This document shows, piece after piece, positions 1 to 9,256 of a DNA stretch of 64,000 nt (positions within the stretch are counted from its first letter, which is position 1; each line of letters starts with the position of its first letter). The stretch is from positions 58,504-122,503 of the forward strand of contig JAZDCY010000015.1 of NCBI GenBank assembly GCA_036679645.1. The letters are read 5' to 3'. Origin of the DNA: Gemmatimonadota bacterium. Lineage in GTDB: Bacteria; Gemmatimonadota; Gemmatimonadetes; Gemmatimonadales; GWC2-71-9. Made by a program: the position numbers and the translations under genes. Below the pieces are notes generated by a model. That model had not been told where the DNA came from, made no database searches, and worked only from the letters and a program-made list of their open reading frames with translations.

Positions 1-1
1 A

Positions 2-2197
2 GGTGGGACACGTCTCACCGAGACGGGCATGTCACTAGGGACGCCGCACTACATGAGTCCCGAGCAGGCGATGGGCGAGCGCGAGATCACGGCAAAGAGT
101 GACGTCTACGCTCTTGGATGCGTGCTCTACGAAATGCTCACGGGAGAACCGCCCTTCGCGGGTCCCACGGCCCAAGCAATCATCGCGCGGGTGCTCACCG
201 AACAGCCGCGCTCGCTCACGGTGCAGCGGAGCACGATCCCGCCGCACGTGGACGCGGCCGTGAGTACGGCACTCGCCAAGCTGCCGGCGGATCGGTTCGC
301 GAGTGCGGCGCAATTCGCGGAGGCCCTGGGGGATCCCACGTTCGCCACGGCGGCAGCGGCAGCGACCGCGGCGCGCGCCGAAGCAGCGGAGCCGACGGAC
401 CGCCGACGCAGTCGCCGGTCTGTGCTCACGCTCGGGCTTGCCGCAGTCGCGCTTGCGAGCACGTCCCTCGCCGGGTGGGGTTGGCTGAGCGTACGCAGCG
501 CGTCGCGCCGGCCTACGACGTGGCAGTACACCTCGCTGAGCAACTCGGTCGATCTCATCACGTCGACGCCGTCCCTGGCACTGTCCCCGGATGGCACGCT
601 GCTGTTCCGGGAAGACGGCCAGGAGGGGCGGTTGTGGATCAAGCGGCGTGGCGAGCTGGATGCAACACCCGTTCCCGGAACCGAACGCTCTCAGAACCCG
701 GTGTTCTCTCCAGACGGTGAGTGGATCGCGTTCGTCGCCGACGGCCGCCTGAAGAAGATCCGGACCAGCGGCGGGGCAAGCGTCACGATCGCCGACTCGG
801 TGACCGGCGGATTCGGTGGGGCGGCGTGGCTGGACGACGGCTCGTTGGTGTACGTGGGGAACACCTTGCAGAAGTTGTGGCGTGTGAGCGCTGCCGGTGG
901 CTCGAGTCGGGTGGTCCTGCGTGACGCGTCACTTATCGGTGGTGGGATTGGGATGCCGGTTCCTCTGCCCGACGCGCGGGGCGTGCTGTTTCAGTATTGC
1001 TCGTCCGGCTGTGTCACCATGAGCATCCACGTATTGGATTTGCGCACGGAAACACAAAAGACGCTGCTCGATGACGTCGCGCAGGCGTGGGTGCTTCCAA
1101 ACGGGCGCCTCATGTACGTCCGGCGCGATGGCGTAGCCGTGGCCGCGCCGTTCGATCTCGAAACCCTCGAGATTACGGGAGAAGCCGTGCCGGTGCTCGA
1201 GGACATCGAGGTTCGGGCCTTCAACGGGTTTGCCTTACTCGCGTGGTCCGAATCGGGTTCGTTGATCTACGTGCAGGGATCCGGTAGCACGACGGCCAAC
1301 GTGGCCATCCGCGTGGACCGCGATGGGGAAGTCACCGCCATCGACACCGCATGGTCCGGCGCCTTCAACTCGCTCGACCTCTCGCCGGACGGCCGCCAGT
1401 TGGCGGTGGGCGTAGGCGCCGGCGCGGGGATCAATATCTGGGTAAAACAACTCGATGACGGCCCGTTCACACGACTTACGTTCGGCAACCAGGACCGACG
1501 GCCCGCGTGGTCACCCGACGGACGTCTCGTGGCCTTCGTGCGCGACGATGGCAGCACCAACGCAATCTTTGCCCGCCCCGTAGACGGCAGCGGTCCCGAC
1601 CGGGAGATCGCCCGCATCGATCGACAGGTGCAGGAGGCCGCGTGGTCTCCTGACGGCGAGTGGATCGTTCTGCGCACGGATAACGGGACGGAAGGTGCGG
1701 GGGACCTCGTGGGCGTACGCCTGACCGGTGACTCGGTAGGAGTCCCGTTGGTCGCGAGCCCATTCAGTGAGCTGCACCCAACCATCTCGCCCGATGGGCG
1801 TTGGCTGGCCTACACGTCGAACGAATCCGGTCGGAGCGAGGTGTACGTGCGACCCTTTCCCAACACGAACGACGTACGCTGGCAGATCTCGAACGGGGGA
1901 GGTACACAACCGGTGTGGGCACAGAACGGTCGCGAGCTGTTCTATATCGATCCCGCCGGGATGGTGGTTGCTGCCCGTGTTGAGGTGACGTCCACGTTTA
2001 CCATCGCCGGTCTCACGACGTTGTTCGACGCGTCGGAGTTCGCATTGGATGCCTTCCATCAATCATATGACGTCACTCCGGACGGGAGCGCCTTCGTGTT
2101 CCTCAGTCCACGGCGGTTGGCGGTCGGAGGGCAAGCATTGCGGATCGTCTGGGTGGATCACTGGTTCACGGATCTCGAAGAGCGTCTCGCGCAGTGA
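2..2197 (+). CDS. Ser/Thr protein kinase-TM-TolB/PD40 beta-propeller receptor (5' truncated by window)
   Basis: Frame opens at [21 protein letters not shown] (activation/P+1 loop); hydrophobic TM segment; repeated SPDG/WSPDG blades; C-terminal VWVDHWF motif shared with paralogs. Confidence 0.92.
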   Translation, partial: GGTRLTETGMSLGTPHYMSPEQAMGEREITAKSDVYALGCVLYEMLTGEPPFAGPTAQAIIARVLTEQPRSLTVQRSTIPPHVDAAVSTALAKLPADRFASAAQFAEALGDPTFATAAAAATAARAEAAEPTDRRRSRRSVLTLGLAAVALASTSLAGWGWLSVRSASRRPTTWQYTSLSNSVDLITSTPSLALSPDGTLLFREDGQEGRLWIKRRGELDATPVPGTERSQNPVFSPDGEWIAFVADGRLKKIRTSGGASVTIADSVTGGFGGAAWLDDGSLVYVGNTLQKLWRVSAAGGSSRVVLRDASLIGGGIGMPVPLPDARGVLFQYCSSGCVTMSIHVLDLRTETQKTLLDDVAQAWVLPNGRLMYVRRDGVAVAAPFDLETLEITGEAVPVLEDIEVRAFNGFALLAWSESGSLIYVQGSGSTTANVAIRVDRDGEVTAIDTAWSGAFNSLDLSPDGRQLAVGVGAGAGINIWVKQLDDGPFTRLTFGNQDRRPAWSPDGRLVAFVRDDGSTNAIFARPVDGSGPDREIARIDRQVQEAAWSPDGEWIVLRTDNGTEGAGDLVGVRLTGDSVGVPLVASPFSELHPTISPDGRWLAYTSNESGRSEVYVRPFPNTNDVRWQISNGGGTQPVWAQNGRELFYIDPAGMVVAARVEVTSTFTIAGLTTLFDASEFALDAFHQSYDVTPDGSAFVFLSPRRLAVGGQALRIVWVDHWFTDLEERLAQ

Positions 2198-2243
2198 TCG
2201 GGCGACACCGAGCCGAGATCGGGGGAGGAACCGCGACGATGGC

Positions 2244-2278
2244 TTGTTCTGACACCATGATGGCATTATCATGATGTC
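2244..2278 (+). promoter_or_regulatory. sigma70-like promoter with operator for TA1 (probably leaderless)
   Basis: TTGTTC 2244-2249, 17-bp spacer, TATCAT 2267-2272, ATG at 2279; inverted repeat CATGAT-N6-ATCATG overlaps it. Confidence 0.55.
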
Positions 2279-2530
2279 ATGGTTAGAACTCAGATTCAGC
2301 TGACCGAGAGCCAGCACCGAGCCCTGAAGCATTGGGCCAACCGCCTGGGCATCTCGCTCGCCGAGGCCGTGCGGCGTTGCGTGGCGGAGCGGCTGGAGCG
2401 CGACGATACCTCCCTTGGCCGGGCCGCTCGGGTGCGCGAGGCGGAGGTCGTCATTGGGAAGTACGCTTCCGGCCGTTCGGACGTGGCCACGCATCACGAC
2501 GACTACCTGGCCGACGCGTTCTCCAGTTGA
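2279..2530 (+). CDS. CopG/RHH-family antitoxin (VapB-like)
   Basis: MVRTQIQLTE..ISLAEAVRRCV RHH signature; C-terminal SDVATHHDDYL; overlaps PIN gene start. Confidence 0.85.
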   Translation: MVRTQIQLTESQHRALKHWANRLGISLAEAVRRCVAERLERDDTSLGRAARVREAEVVIGKYASGRSDVATHHDDYLADAFSS

Positions 2531-2928
2531 GCGTCTTCGTCGATACGTCGGCGCTGTATGCGTTGCTGGACCGGGACGATGCTGGCCACGGTCGTATGGC
2601 AGAGGCCTGGGCCAAGTTGCTCTCGGGCCCCCGCCCGCTCATCACCAGCAATTACATACTGCTGGAGACCGCCGCGCTACTCCAGCGTCGGCTAGGCCTC
2701 GGCGCCGTGCATGATCTGGACGACTACCTGATGCCGCTGCTCCGGGTTTGGTGGATCACGGAGTCGACGCATCGTCGCGCCATGCGGCGCCTGCGGCGCC
2801 TGGACCGGCGCGGTGTGAGCCTCGTGGATTGCAGCAGCTTCGAGGTGATGGAAGCTGAGGCGATCCGGGACGCGCTCGCCCTCGACGAAGACTTCGCGGC
2901 GGAGGGATTCCGTCTGCTGCCAGCGTAG
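2527..2928 (+). CDS. vapC: PIN-domain toxin (VapC-like)
   Basis: TTG start overlapping antitoxin stop; VFVDTS, E, SLVDCSSF and LALDEDF acidic PIN motifs. Confidence 0.88.
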   Translation: MSVFVDTSALYALLDRDDAGHGRMAEAWAKLLSGPRPLITSNYILLETAALLQRRLGLGAVHDLDDYLMPLLRVWWITESTHRRAMRRLRRLDRRGVSLVDCSSFEVMEAEAIRDALALDEDFAAEGFRLLPA

Positions 2929-2979
2929 GCGGGGAAGCTCGCGCGAACCCCACATCACTTCGCTGAATGGATTCGTGAT

Positions 2980-3126
2980 ATGAGCGGAATAACGGAACGC
3001 CTCGAGCACGGCCGCAAGGTCGCCCTCAAAGTCTTACGCCCAGAATCGGCCGCAGTCTTGGGCGCCGAGCGCGTGCAAAGGAGAGCTGTGGATCTGCTGC
3101 TCGAGGACCGCGGGGAAGGACGATGA
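2980..3126 (+). pseudogene. Chimeric remnant: deleted kinase N-terminus fused to the C-terminus of a Phd-type antitoxin
   Basis: Translates MSGITERL|EHGRKVALKVLRPESAAVLGAER|..AVDLLLEDRGEGR*; first parts match kinase paralogs, the end matches SAVDLLLEDRSDGR of 23937..24230. Confidence 0.75.
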
Positions 3127-3326
3127 AGTTCTGGGACACTTCGGCGATCCTGCCCCTCTTGGTGGACGAACCGCAGACGAAGGCCATGGTCGGGCTCATG
3201 GGGGACGATCCCGCGGCGGCCGTGGTGTTGGCGGACTTTGAACCCCGAACGTTGCCCCTCGTTACACTGGATGACCGGCTGGCCGCCGCCGCGCGGCGAG
3301 AAGGCTTCGAGGTGCTCGGCACATGA
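3123..3326 (+). pseudogene. Internally deleted PIN toxin (copy of 24227..24652)
   Basis: N- and C-terminal parts nearly identical to the 24227 PIN protein; the middle between two AAAV repeats is missing. Confidence 0.85.
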
Positions 3327-5611
3327 GCGAAATCAGCGAGAAACTGCAGGTTGCGATCGCCGACCGCTACACCATCGAGCGCGAACTCGGCGCCGGTGGC
3401 ATGGCGACGGTCTATCTCGCGGAAGATCTGAAACACAAACGCAAGGTCGCACTCAAGGTCCTGCGGCCCGAACTTGCCGCCGTGCTCGGCGCTGAGCGGT
3501 TCGTGCAGGAGATCACCACCACTGCGGCGCTGCAGCACCCGCACATCCTCCCGCTGTACGACAGCGGGAAGGCGGGAGGGCGGGAAGGCGGGACGGAGTT
3601 TCTCTACTATGTGATGCCGTATGTCGAGGGGGAGACGCTGCGTGACAAACTCGACCGTGAGACGCAGCTCGGCATCGACGAAGCGGTGAAGATCACGGCC
3701 GAGGTGGCCGACGCGCTGTACTACGCGCACCAGCAGGGAGTGATCCACCGGGACATCAAGCCGGAGAACATCTTGCTGCACAATGGTCGACCGATGCTGG
3801 CCGATTTCGGCATCGCGCTGAGTGCCGGGGCGGATCGCAACCGGTTAACCGGGATCGGACTCGTGATCGGCACACCTGCCTACATGAGTCCGGAGCAGGT
3901 GGCCGCCGACCGAAACGTCGATGCGCACACCGATCAGTACGCGCTCGCGTGTGTGGTGTACGAGATGCTCGCCGGCGACCCGCCGTTTGTCGCTTCCAGT
4001 GATCAGGCAGTCATGGCCCGCCACGTGACGGATGCGGCACCGCCAATCGACACGGTGCGACCAGAGGTGAACGCTGCGGTGGTCCGTGCGCTTACGAAAG
4101 CCCTCGCCAAGGCGCCGATTGACCGCCATGAATCAGTGAGTGCATTCTGTGCGGCGCTGACGTCCGACACGTCTCCCGTAGATAGCGGCCCGATGTCCAT
4201 CGCGGTATTGCCCTTCGTCAACATGAGCCCCGATCCGGACCAGGAGTACTTCGCCGATGGCATGGCGGAAGAACTGATCAGCGCGCTGACCAAGGTCCCG
4301 GGCCTCCGCGTCATCGCCCGTATGTCGGCCTTCGTATTCAAGGGAACGAACCAGGACATTGTGACGATCGGCGCACGACTCAGGGTCGCCATGATCGTGG
4401 AGGGCAGTGTTCGAAGACTGGGGGGACGTCTCCGTGTGACAGTGCAGTTGATCGAGGTATCGGGTGGCCACCAGGTATGGTCCGAGCGATACGATCGTGC
4501 GCTCGACGATCTCTTTGAGGTTCAAGACGATATTGCCCGTCGCATCGTGACGAGCATCACGCCGAAACTCATCGACCAAGGGAGTGAAGCGCTGATCGTC
4601 CGTCCGACCAATAGCCAGGACGCGTACGATCTGTATCTGCGTGCCGGTGAGCATCTCGCGCGCCTGAGTTCCGCAGAGACGCGCAAAGCGGTCACGATGC
4701 TCGACAGCGCCACCGCTCTCGATCCCCACTTCGCAGGGGCGTGGGCTCGTTTGTCCGGCGCTTGTTGCTTGATGGACGGTTGGTTCGATCACGGAGTCCA
4801 TTGGCACGACAAGACGGATCAGGCACTAACTCGGGCCCTCGAATTGGATCCTGACAACGCGGAGGCTCGTATGGTGCAGGGTCGCGTCCTGTGGACGCCA
4901 CGTCACGGATTCCGCCACAGAGAGGCGTTGCGCGCCTTGGAGGAATCGCTTCGGTCGCAACCGGGCTCTGCTGCCGCGCGACTATGGCATAGTCTGATCC
5001 TCTTGCATGTTGGCCTCATGACAAATGCGGAGGAGGGCCTCGAGGAATTGCTGGCGACCGAGCCGAACGATGCGACGGTGTTACAGTTCATCGCGCAATG
5101 CATGCTATTCCAGTTCCGCTTCGACGCCGCGCAGGAATATCAGGCGCGGGCCCTGGCTGCGGATCCAGGGCATCATTTCGCGCAGATCTTTCAGCCGACG
5201 GTGCTCCTGTATCAGAACGATCTTGCGGGAGCCGAGTCCGCCCTCGGGGTCGCGCGGCAGTTGCTGAAAGACGATCCGTTGCTTGACGGAAACGAGGCAC
5301 TTCTGTGGGCGAAGCGGGGCGAGAGGGATCATGCCGAGGCGGCAATCGCGCGTGCGACGGACGACCGACCCTCCGTAAGTCACAGCCACCATGCGTGGCA
5401 CTATGCAGCGGCGGCGTACGCCGTACTACACGAGCACAGCAAGGCGATCGCCCTGCTTCGGGACTCGGCCGACGCTGGGCTTCCAAATTATCCTTTATTC
5501 CGCGACGATCCGCATCTGAATGCGCTGCGGACCGATTCGGACATGACCACGCTGCTCGCCGACCTGCAGCGAGAATGGACGGGATATCGTGCGGAATTTG
5601 GCCATGCTTAG
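3323..5611 (+). CDS. Ser/Thr kinase with TolB-like (SIAVLPF) domain and TPR repeats, likely cytoplasmic
   Basis: GAGGMATVY, VALK, HRDIKPEN, DFG, GTPAYMSPE; SIAVLPFVNMSPDPDQEYFADG domain; ALDP-type TPR repeats; no clear TM. Confidence 0.92.
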   Translation: MSEISEKLQVAIADRYTIERELGAGGMATVYLAEDLKHKRKVALKVLRPELAAVLGAERFVQEITTTAALQHPHILPLYDSGKAGGREGGTEFLYYVMPYVEGETLRDKLDRETQLGIDEAVKITAEVADALYYAHQQGVIHRDIKPENILLHNGRPMLADFGIALSAGADRNRLTGIGLVIGTPAYMSPEQVAADRNVDAHTDQYALACVVYEMLAGDPPFVASSDQAVMARHVTDAAPPIDTVRPEVNAAVVRALTKALAKAPIDRHESVSAFCAALTSDTSPVDSGPMSIAVLPFVNMSPDPDQEYFADGMAEELISALTKVPGLRVIARMSAFVFKGTNQDIVTIGARLRVAMIVEGSVRRLGGRLRVTVQLIEVSGGHQVWSERYDRALDDLFEVQDDIARRIVTSITPKLIDQGSEALIVRPTNSQDAYDLYLRAGEHLARLSSAETRKAVTMLDSATALDPHFAGAWARLSGACCLMDGWFDHGVHWHDKTDQALTRALELDPDNAEARMVQGRVLWTPRHGFRHREALRALEESLRSQPGSAAARLWHSLILLHVGLMTNAEEGLEELLATEPNDATVLQFIAQCMLFQFRFDAAQEYQARALAADPGHHFAQIFQPTVLLYQNDLAGAESALGVARQLLKDDPLLDGNEALLWAKRGERDHAEAAIARATDDRPSVSHSHHAWHYAAAAYAVLHEHSKAIALLRDSADAGLPNYPLFRDDPHLNALRTDSDMTTLLADLQREWTGYRAEFGHA

Positions 5612-5638
5612 CCGGCGGCTGCCGCGAAGGGAACGTTG

Positions 5639-8269
5639 ATGCCTGAAGTTGACGATCGCCTCGCCGCCGCCCTTGCGGGCCGCTACACCATCGAGCGTGA
5701 ACTCGGCGCCGGTGGTATGGCGACGGTCTATCTCGCTGAAGATTTGAAACACAAACGCAAGGTCGCAGTCAAAGTGCTGCGGCCCGAACTCGCCGCGGTG
5801 CTCGGTGCCGAGCGGTTCGTGCAGGAGATCACCACCACAGCGAATCTGCAACACCCCCACATCCTCCCGCTGTTCGATTCGGGCGAAGCGGACTCTTTCC
5901 TTTATTACGTCATGCCGTACGTCGAAGGCGAGACGTTGCGCGACAAACTCAATCGCGAAACGCAACTCGGCATCGATGAAGCGGTGAGGATTGCGACCGA
6001 TGTGGCAGATGCGCTGGACTACGCGCACCGCAACGGAGTGATCCACCGCGACATCAAGCCCGAGAACATCCTGCTGCATGACGGCCGGCCAATGGTTGCC
6101 GACTTCGGCATTGCGCTGGCCGTGAGCGCGGCGGCGGGTGGGCGCATGACGGAAACCGGATTGAGCCTCGGCACTCCGCACTACATGTCGCCCGAGCAGG
6201 CGACCGCGGAGAAGGAGATCTCTGCCCGTTCAGACGTGTACTCGCTGGGCAGCGTGCTGTACGAGATGCTGACGGGGAATCCGCCGCACGTTGGGGCGAC
6301 GGCGCAGCAGATCATCATGAAGATCGTGACCGAAGATGCACAGCCGGTCACGAAGCTCAGGAAGTCAGTGCCGCCGCACGTGGCGGCGGCCGTGGCACAG
6401 TCGCTCGAGAAACTGCCGGCGGATCGGTTGGAGAGCGCGAAGGCCTTGGCCGAGGCGCTTGCCAATCCTGCATTCACCTCCGCGAGCACGGTGACGAGTG
6501 GAACGACGTCTGCCGTACCGACGTTCCGGCGTTCCGCCGTTTCGCTGACGCTCGCCGCCACGACGGTGTTTGCAGTCGCGCTCGCAGCCTGGGGCTGGTT
6601 GCGCTCGTCTCCGCAAGCGCCGCTGGGTCGGTTCAATATCGCGCTCGCCGAAGATCAGGCTGTGCAACCAGGGCGGGGGCCGCGCATCGCGGTCTCGCCG
6701 GATGGTTTGCGCTTCGTGTACGTGGGGCCGGGCGAAGGGGGTGGACAGCTCTGGGTGCGCGAACGCGACCAGCTTGCTGCGCGGCAGTTGGCGGGCACCG
6801 AAGGGGCCATCAGCCCGTTCTTCTCGCCGGACGGACGGCGCGTGGGCTTCTTCACCATCGCGCCGATGCGCCTCAAGACCGTCTCACTCGGCGGTGAACC
6901 ACCCGTGACGGTGGCGGACTCGGGTATCGACTGGGACGGCGGCGCTTGGGGGGCCGACGGGTACATCTACTCGGACAGCCCCAACGGTCTCGTCCGCGTT
7001 TCACAAGGCGGCGGCCGCGTCGAGCGCGTGACCCAACTCGACACTGTCCGGGGGGAGCAGAACCACAACTACCCCGCGATGCTCCCCAACGGGAAGGGTG
7101 CGTTGTTCATCGTCTTTCGCGGGGGCGTCCCCGACTACGAGGTCGCGGCAGTGGACCTCCGCACGGGACTCCATCACGTCCTAACCAAGGGTGTCTACGC
7201 CCGCTACGCCGCGCCGGGTTATCTCGTGTACGTCACGGCGACGGGGACCCTGATGGCGGTGGCGTTTGACGAGAGCAGCCTTCAGCTCACCGGCGAGGCC
7301 ACGGCATTGGCGGAAGGAATCAGCGTTCGCGGGTTTGGCTACGTCGACCTGGGACTCTCGCTCACCGGGACGCTGCTCTATTCGGGCGGCGACGCGAGTG
7401 CCGCCGTGACCGACCTGGTCTGGGTGAGCCGAAGCGGTGAGGTGCAGGTGATCGATTCCAGCGCGTACGACTCGCCGGTGATTTCACCAGACGGAAGCCG
7501 GGTCGCTGTCGCCGTGAGCACGCTGGGCGAACAGCAGATCTGGATTCGCCTCATGCCCGATGGACCGTCTTCCAAGTTGACGTTTGATGGCAGTGATAGT
7601 GGGCGGCCGTTCTTCTCGCCCGATGGCCGCATGGTCGGGTTCTACACGAGCCAGACGCGAACCCGGAGCCTGTTTGCCGCCCCGCCGGATACGCTGCTCG
7701 TCATCCCACGGGCCGTGTGGGAGGGGACATGGTCGCGGGACGGGCGGTGGCTCGTGTACCGGGAGAACAGCACGCCTGAGGCGAACCTGATGGCGGTGCG
7801 CACGGACGGAGATACGACACCCGTGACACTCGTAGCGACCGTGTTCAACGAGCGCTCACCGACGCTGTCGCCCGATGGGCAGTGGCTTGCGTACGCATCG
7901 GACGAATCCGGCATCACCGAGATCTACGTTCGTCCCTTCCCGGAGACGGCGCGGGCGAAGCGGCAGGTGTCGTTGCACGGCGGCACCGAGCCCCTGTGGT
8001 CCCACAGCGGGCGGGAGTTGTTCTACCGCAATCCGACCGGGGACATGGTGGCGGCCGCGATCACCACTCAGCCGGCCTTTGCGGTCGGGCGCCAGACGGT
8101 GCTGTTTGCTGGTTCGGACTACGCCGTGGACGACTCCCATCGGCAGTATGACGTCTCGCCCGATGACCGTCGCTTCCTCATGATTCGGGAACGAGGTGGC
8201 GGCGAGCGCGCGAATCTGATTCTGGTGGACAACTGGTTCCAGGAACTCATCGCCAAGGTGGGGCGGTGA
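5639..8269 (+). CDS. Ser/Thr kinase-TM-TolB/PD40 beta-propeller receptor
   Basis: Complete kinase motifs, TM (LTLAATTVFAVALAAWGW), SPDG blades, LVDNWFQEL C-terminus. Confidence 0.93.
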   Translation: MPEVDDRLAAALAGRYTIERELGAGGMATVYLAEDLKHKRKVAVKVLRPELAAVLGAERFVQEITTTANLQHPHILPLFDSGEADSFLYYVMPYVEGETLRDKLNRETQLGIDEAVRIATDVADALDYAHRNGVIHRDIKPENILLHDGRPMVADFGIALAVSAAAGGRMTETGLSLGTPHYMSPEQATAEKEISARSDVYSLGSVLYEMLTGNPPHVGATAQQIIMKIVTEDAQPVTKLRKSVPPHVAAAVAQSLEKLPADRLESAKALAEALANPAFTSASTVTSGTTSAVPTFRRSAVSLTLAATTVFAVALAAWGWLRSSPQAPLGRFNIALAEDQAVQPGRGPRIAVSPDGLRFVYVGPGEGGGQLWVRERDQLAARQLAGTEGAISPFFSPDGRRVGFFTIAPMRLKTVSLGGEPPVTVADSGIDWDGGAWGADGYIYSDSPNGLVRVSQGGGRVERVTQLDTVRGEQNHNYPAMLPNGKGALFIVFRGGVPDYEVAAVDLRTGLHHVLTKGVYARYAAPGYLVYVTATGTLMAVAFDESSLQLTGEATALAEGISVRGFGYVDLGLSLTGTLLYSGGDASAAVTDLVWVSRSGEVQVIDSSAYDSPVISPDGSRVAVAVSTLGEQQIWIRLMPDGPSSKLTFDGSDSGRPFFSPDGRMVGFYTSQTRTRSLFAAPPDTLLVIPRAVWEGTWSRDGRWLVYRENSTPEANLMAVRTDGDTTPVTLVATVFNERSPTLSPDGQWLAYASDESGITEIYVRPFPETARAKRQVSLHGGTEPLWSHSGRELFYRNPTGDMVAAAITTQPAFAVGRQTVLFAGSDYAVDDSHRQYDVSPDDRRFLMIRERGGGERANLILVDNWFQELIAKVGR

Positions 8270-8359
8270 CCGAAGTCGCTGTACGTCTCTCCGCCGCCCT
8301 GGCAGATCGCTACCGCATCGAGCGCGAACTATGCGTTGATTCGGAAGCTGAAGCTTCCG
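8266..8359 (+). pseudogene. Kinase 5' stub terminated by REP-like hairpin
   Basis: GTG overlapping upstream stop; encodes (M)TEVAVRLSAALADRYRIEREL, then GATTCGGAAGC-TGAA-GCTTCCG. Confidence 0.8.
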
Positions 8360-8388
8360 GTCGGCGCAGCACCGCCAAGCGTTCGTGA

Positions 8389-8422
8389 TTGTATGATCTG
8401 ACTAGTCAGATTATATTTCATC
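8389..8422 (+). promoter_or_regulatory. sigma70-like promoter with 16-bp palindromic operator for TA2
   Basis: TTGTAT 8389-8394, 17-bp spacer, TATATT 8412-8417; perfect palindrome ATCTGACTAGTCAGAT 8396-8411; ATG 8423. Confidence 0.7.
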
Positions 8423-8707
8423 ATGCCCGATACCTATTCACTGTACGAGGCCAAGGCCAAGCTCTCAGCGCTCGTCCGCCAGGTGCGGGAGGGAGCCCGG
8501 GTGATCATCACCGTGCACGGCCAGCCGGCCGCCGAGTTGCGACCGATCGGGCCGGAAGCGGAGGGGCTGGACGCGCGCCTCGACCGGCTGGAATCGCAGG
8601 GGGTCCTCGTGCGTCCGAAGGGGGACCGCAAGGACCTGAAGGACCTGCTCGAGCCGGTGGCCAAGCGTCCGGGTGCCCTGAAACGCTTCCTCGAGGAACG
8701 GGACTGA
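8423..8707 (+). CDS. Phd/YefM-family antitoxin
   Basis: YSLYEAKAKLSALVRQVREG..ITVHGQPAAELRP Phd signature. Confidence 0.9.
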   Translation: MPDTYSLYEAKAKLSALVRQVREGARVIITVHGQPAAELRPIGPEAEGLDARLDRLESQGVLVRPKGDRKDLKDLLEPVAKRPGALKRFLEERD

Positions 8708-8710
8708 TTT

Positions 8711-9088
8711 GTGCGCGCCTACGTCGATACCTCGTGCCTGGTGTCGGTGGCGCTGGATGAACGTGGCAGCGCGACGGTGCGGCGGCGTCTCGGTCGCTTC
8801 GAGGAACTGCTCGCCTCGAGCCTCCTCGAGGCGGAGCTGCGGTCGGCGCTCGTCCGCGAGGGAGTGAAGGAGGACCTGCCGGTCCTCGGCCGTCTGACGT
8901 GGATCATGCCGGACCGTCACCTGCGGCCGGAGATCGCGCGGGTGCTCTCCGCGGGATACCTTCGTGGCGCCGATTGCTGGCACCTCGCCACCGCGATGTA
9001 CGTGGCCAGGGAGCCGGCGTCGCTCGCATTCCTGACGCTGGACGAGCGGCAGGCTGCGGTCGCCTCGAAACTCGGATTCGCCACGTGA
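8711..9088 (+). CDS. vapC: PIN-domain toxin (VapC-like)
   Basis: AYVDTS, EAE, LRGADCWHLATA, FLTLDERQ. Confidence 0.88.
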   Translation: MRAYVDTSCLVSVALDERGSATVRRRLGRFEELLASSLLEAELRSALVREGVKEDLPVLGRLTWIMPDRHLRPEIARVLSAGYLRGADCWHLATAMYVAREPASLAFLTLDERQAAVASKLGFAT

Positions 9089-9247
9089 GTACCACCAAAC
9101 GTCTCACCACGGCGTGCCCTCGCCGACCGATACGCCACAGAGCGCGAACTTGGCGCCGATTCGGAAGCTGAAGCCTCCGCTCGGCGCTCCGCGGCTCGTC
9201 CTGAAGGACGCAGCGTCGTTCACGACGTGCCGGCGCTTCAGCGTCGG
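9085..9247 (+). pseudogene. Decayed kinase 5' stub followed by REP-like multi-hairpin element
   Basis: GTGAGTACC..GCCCTCGCCGACCGATACGCCACAGAGCGCGAACTTGGCGCC, then GATTCGGAAGCTGAAGCCTCCG (9158-9179) and CGTCC-TGAA-GGACG hairpin as in the 60170 and 63048 elements. Confidence 0.75.
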
Positions 9248-9256
9248 ATCACACTG

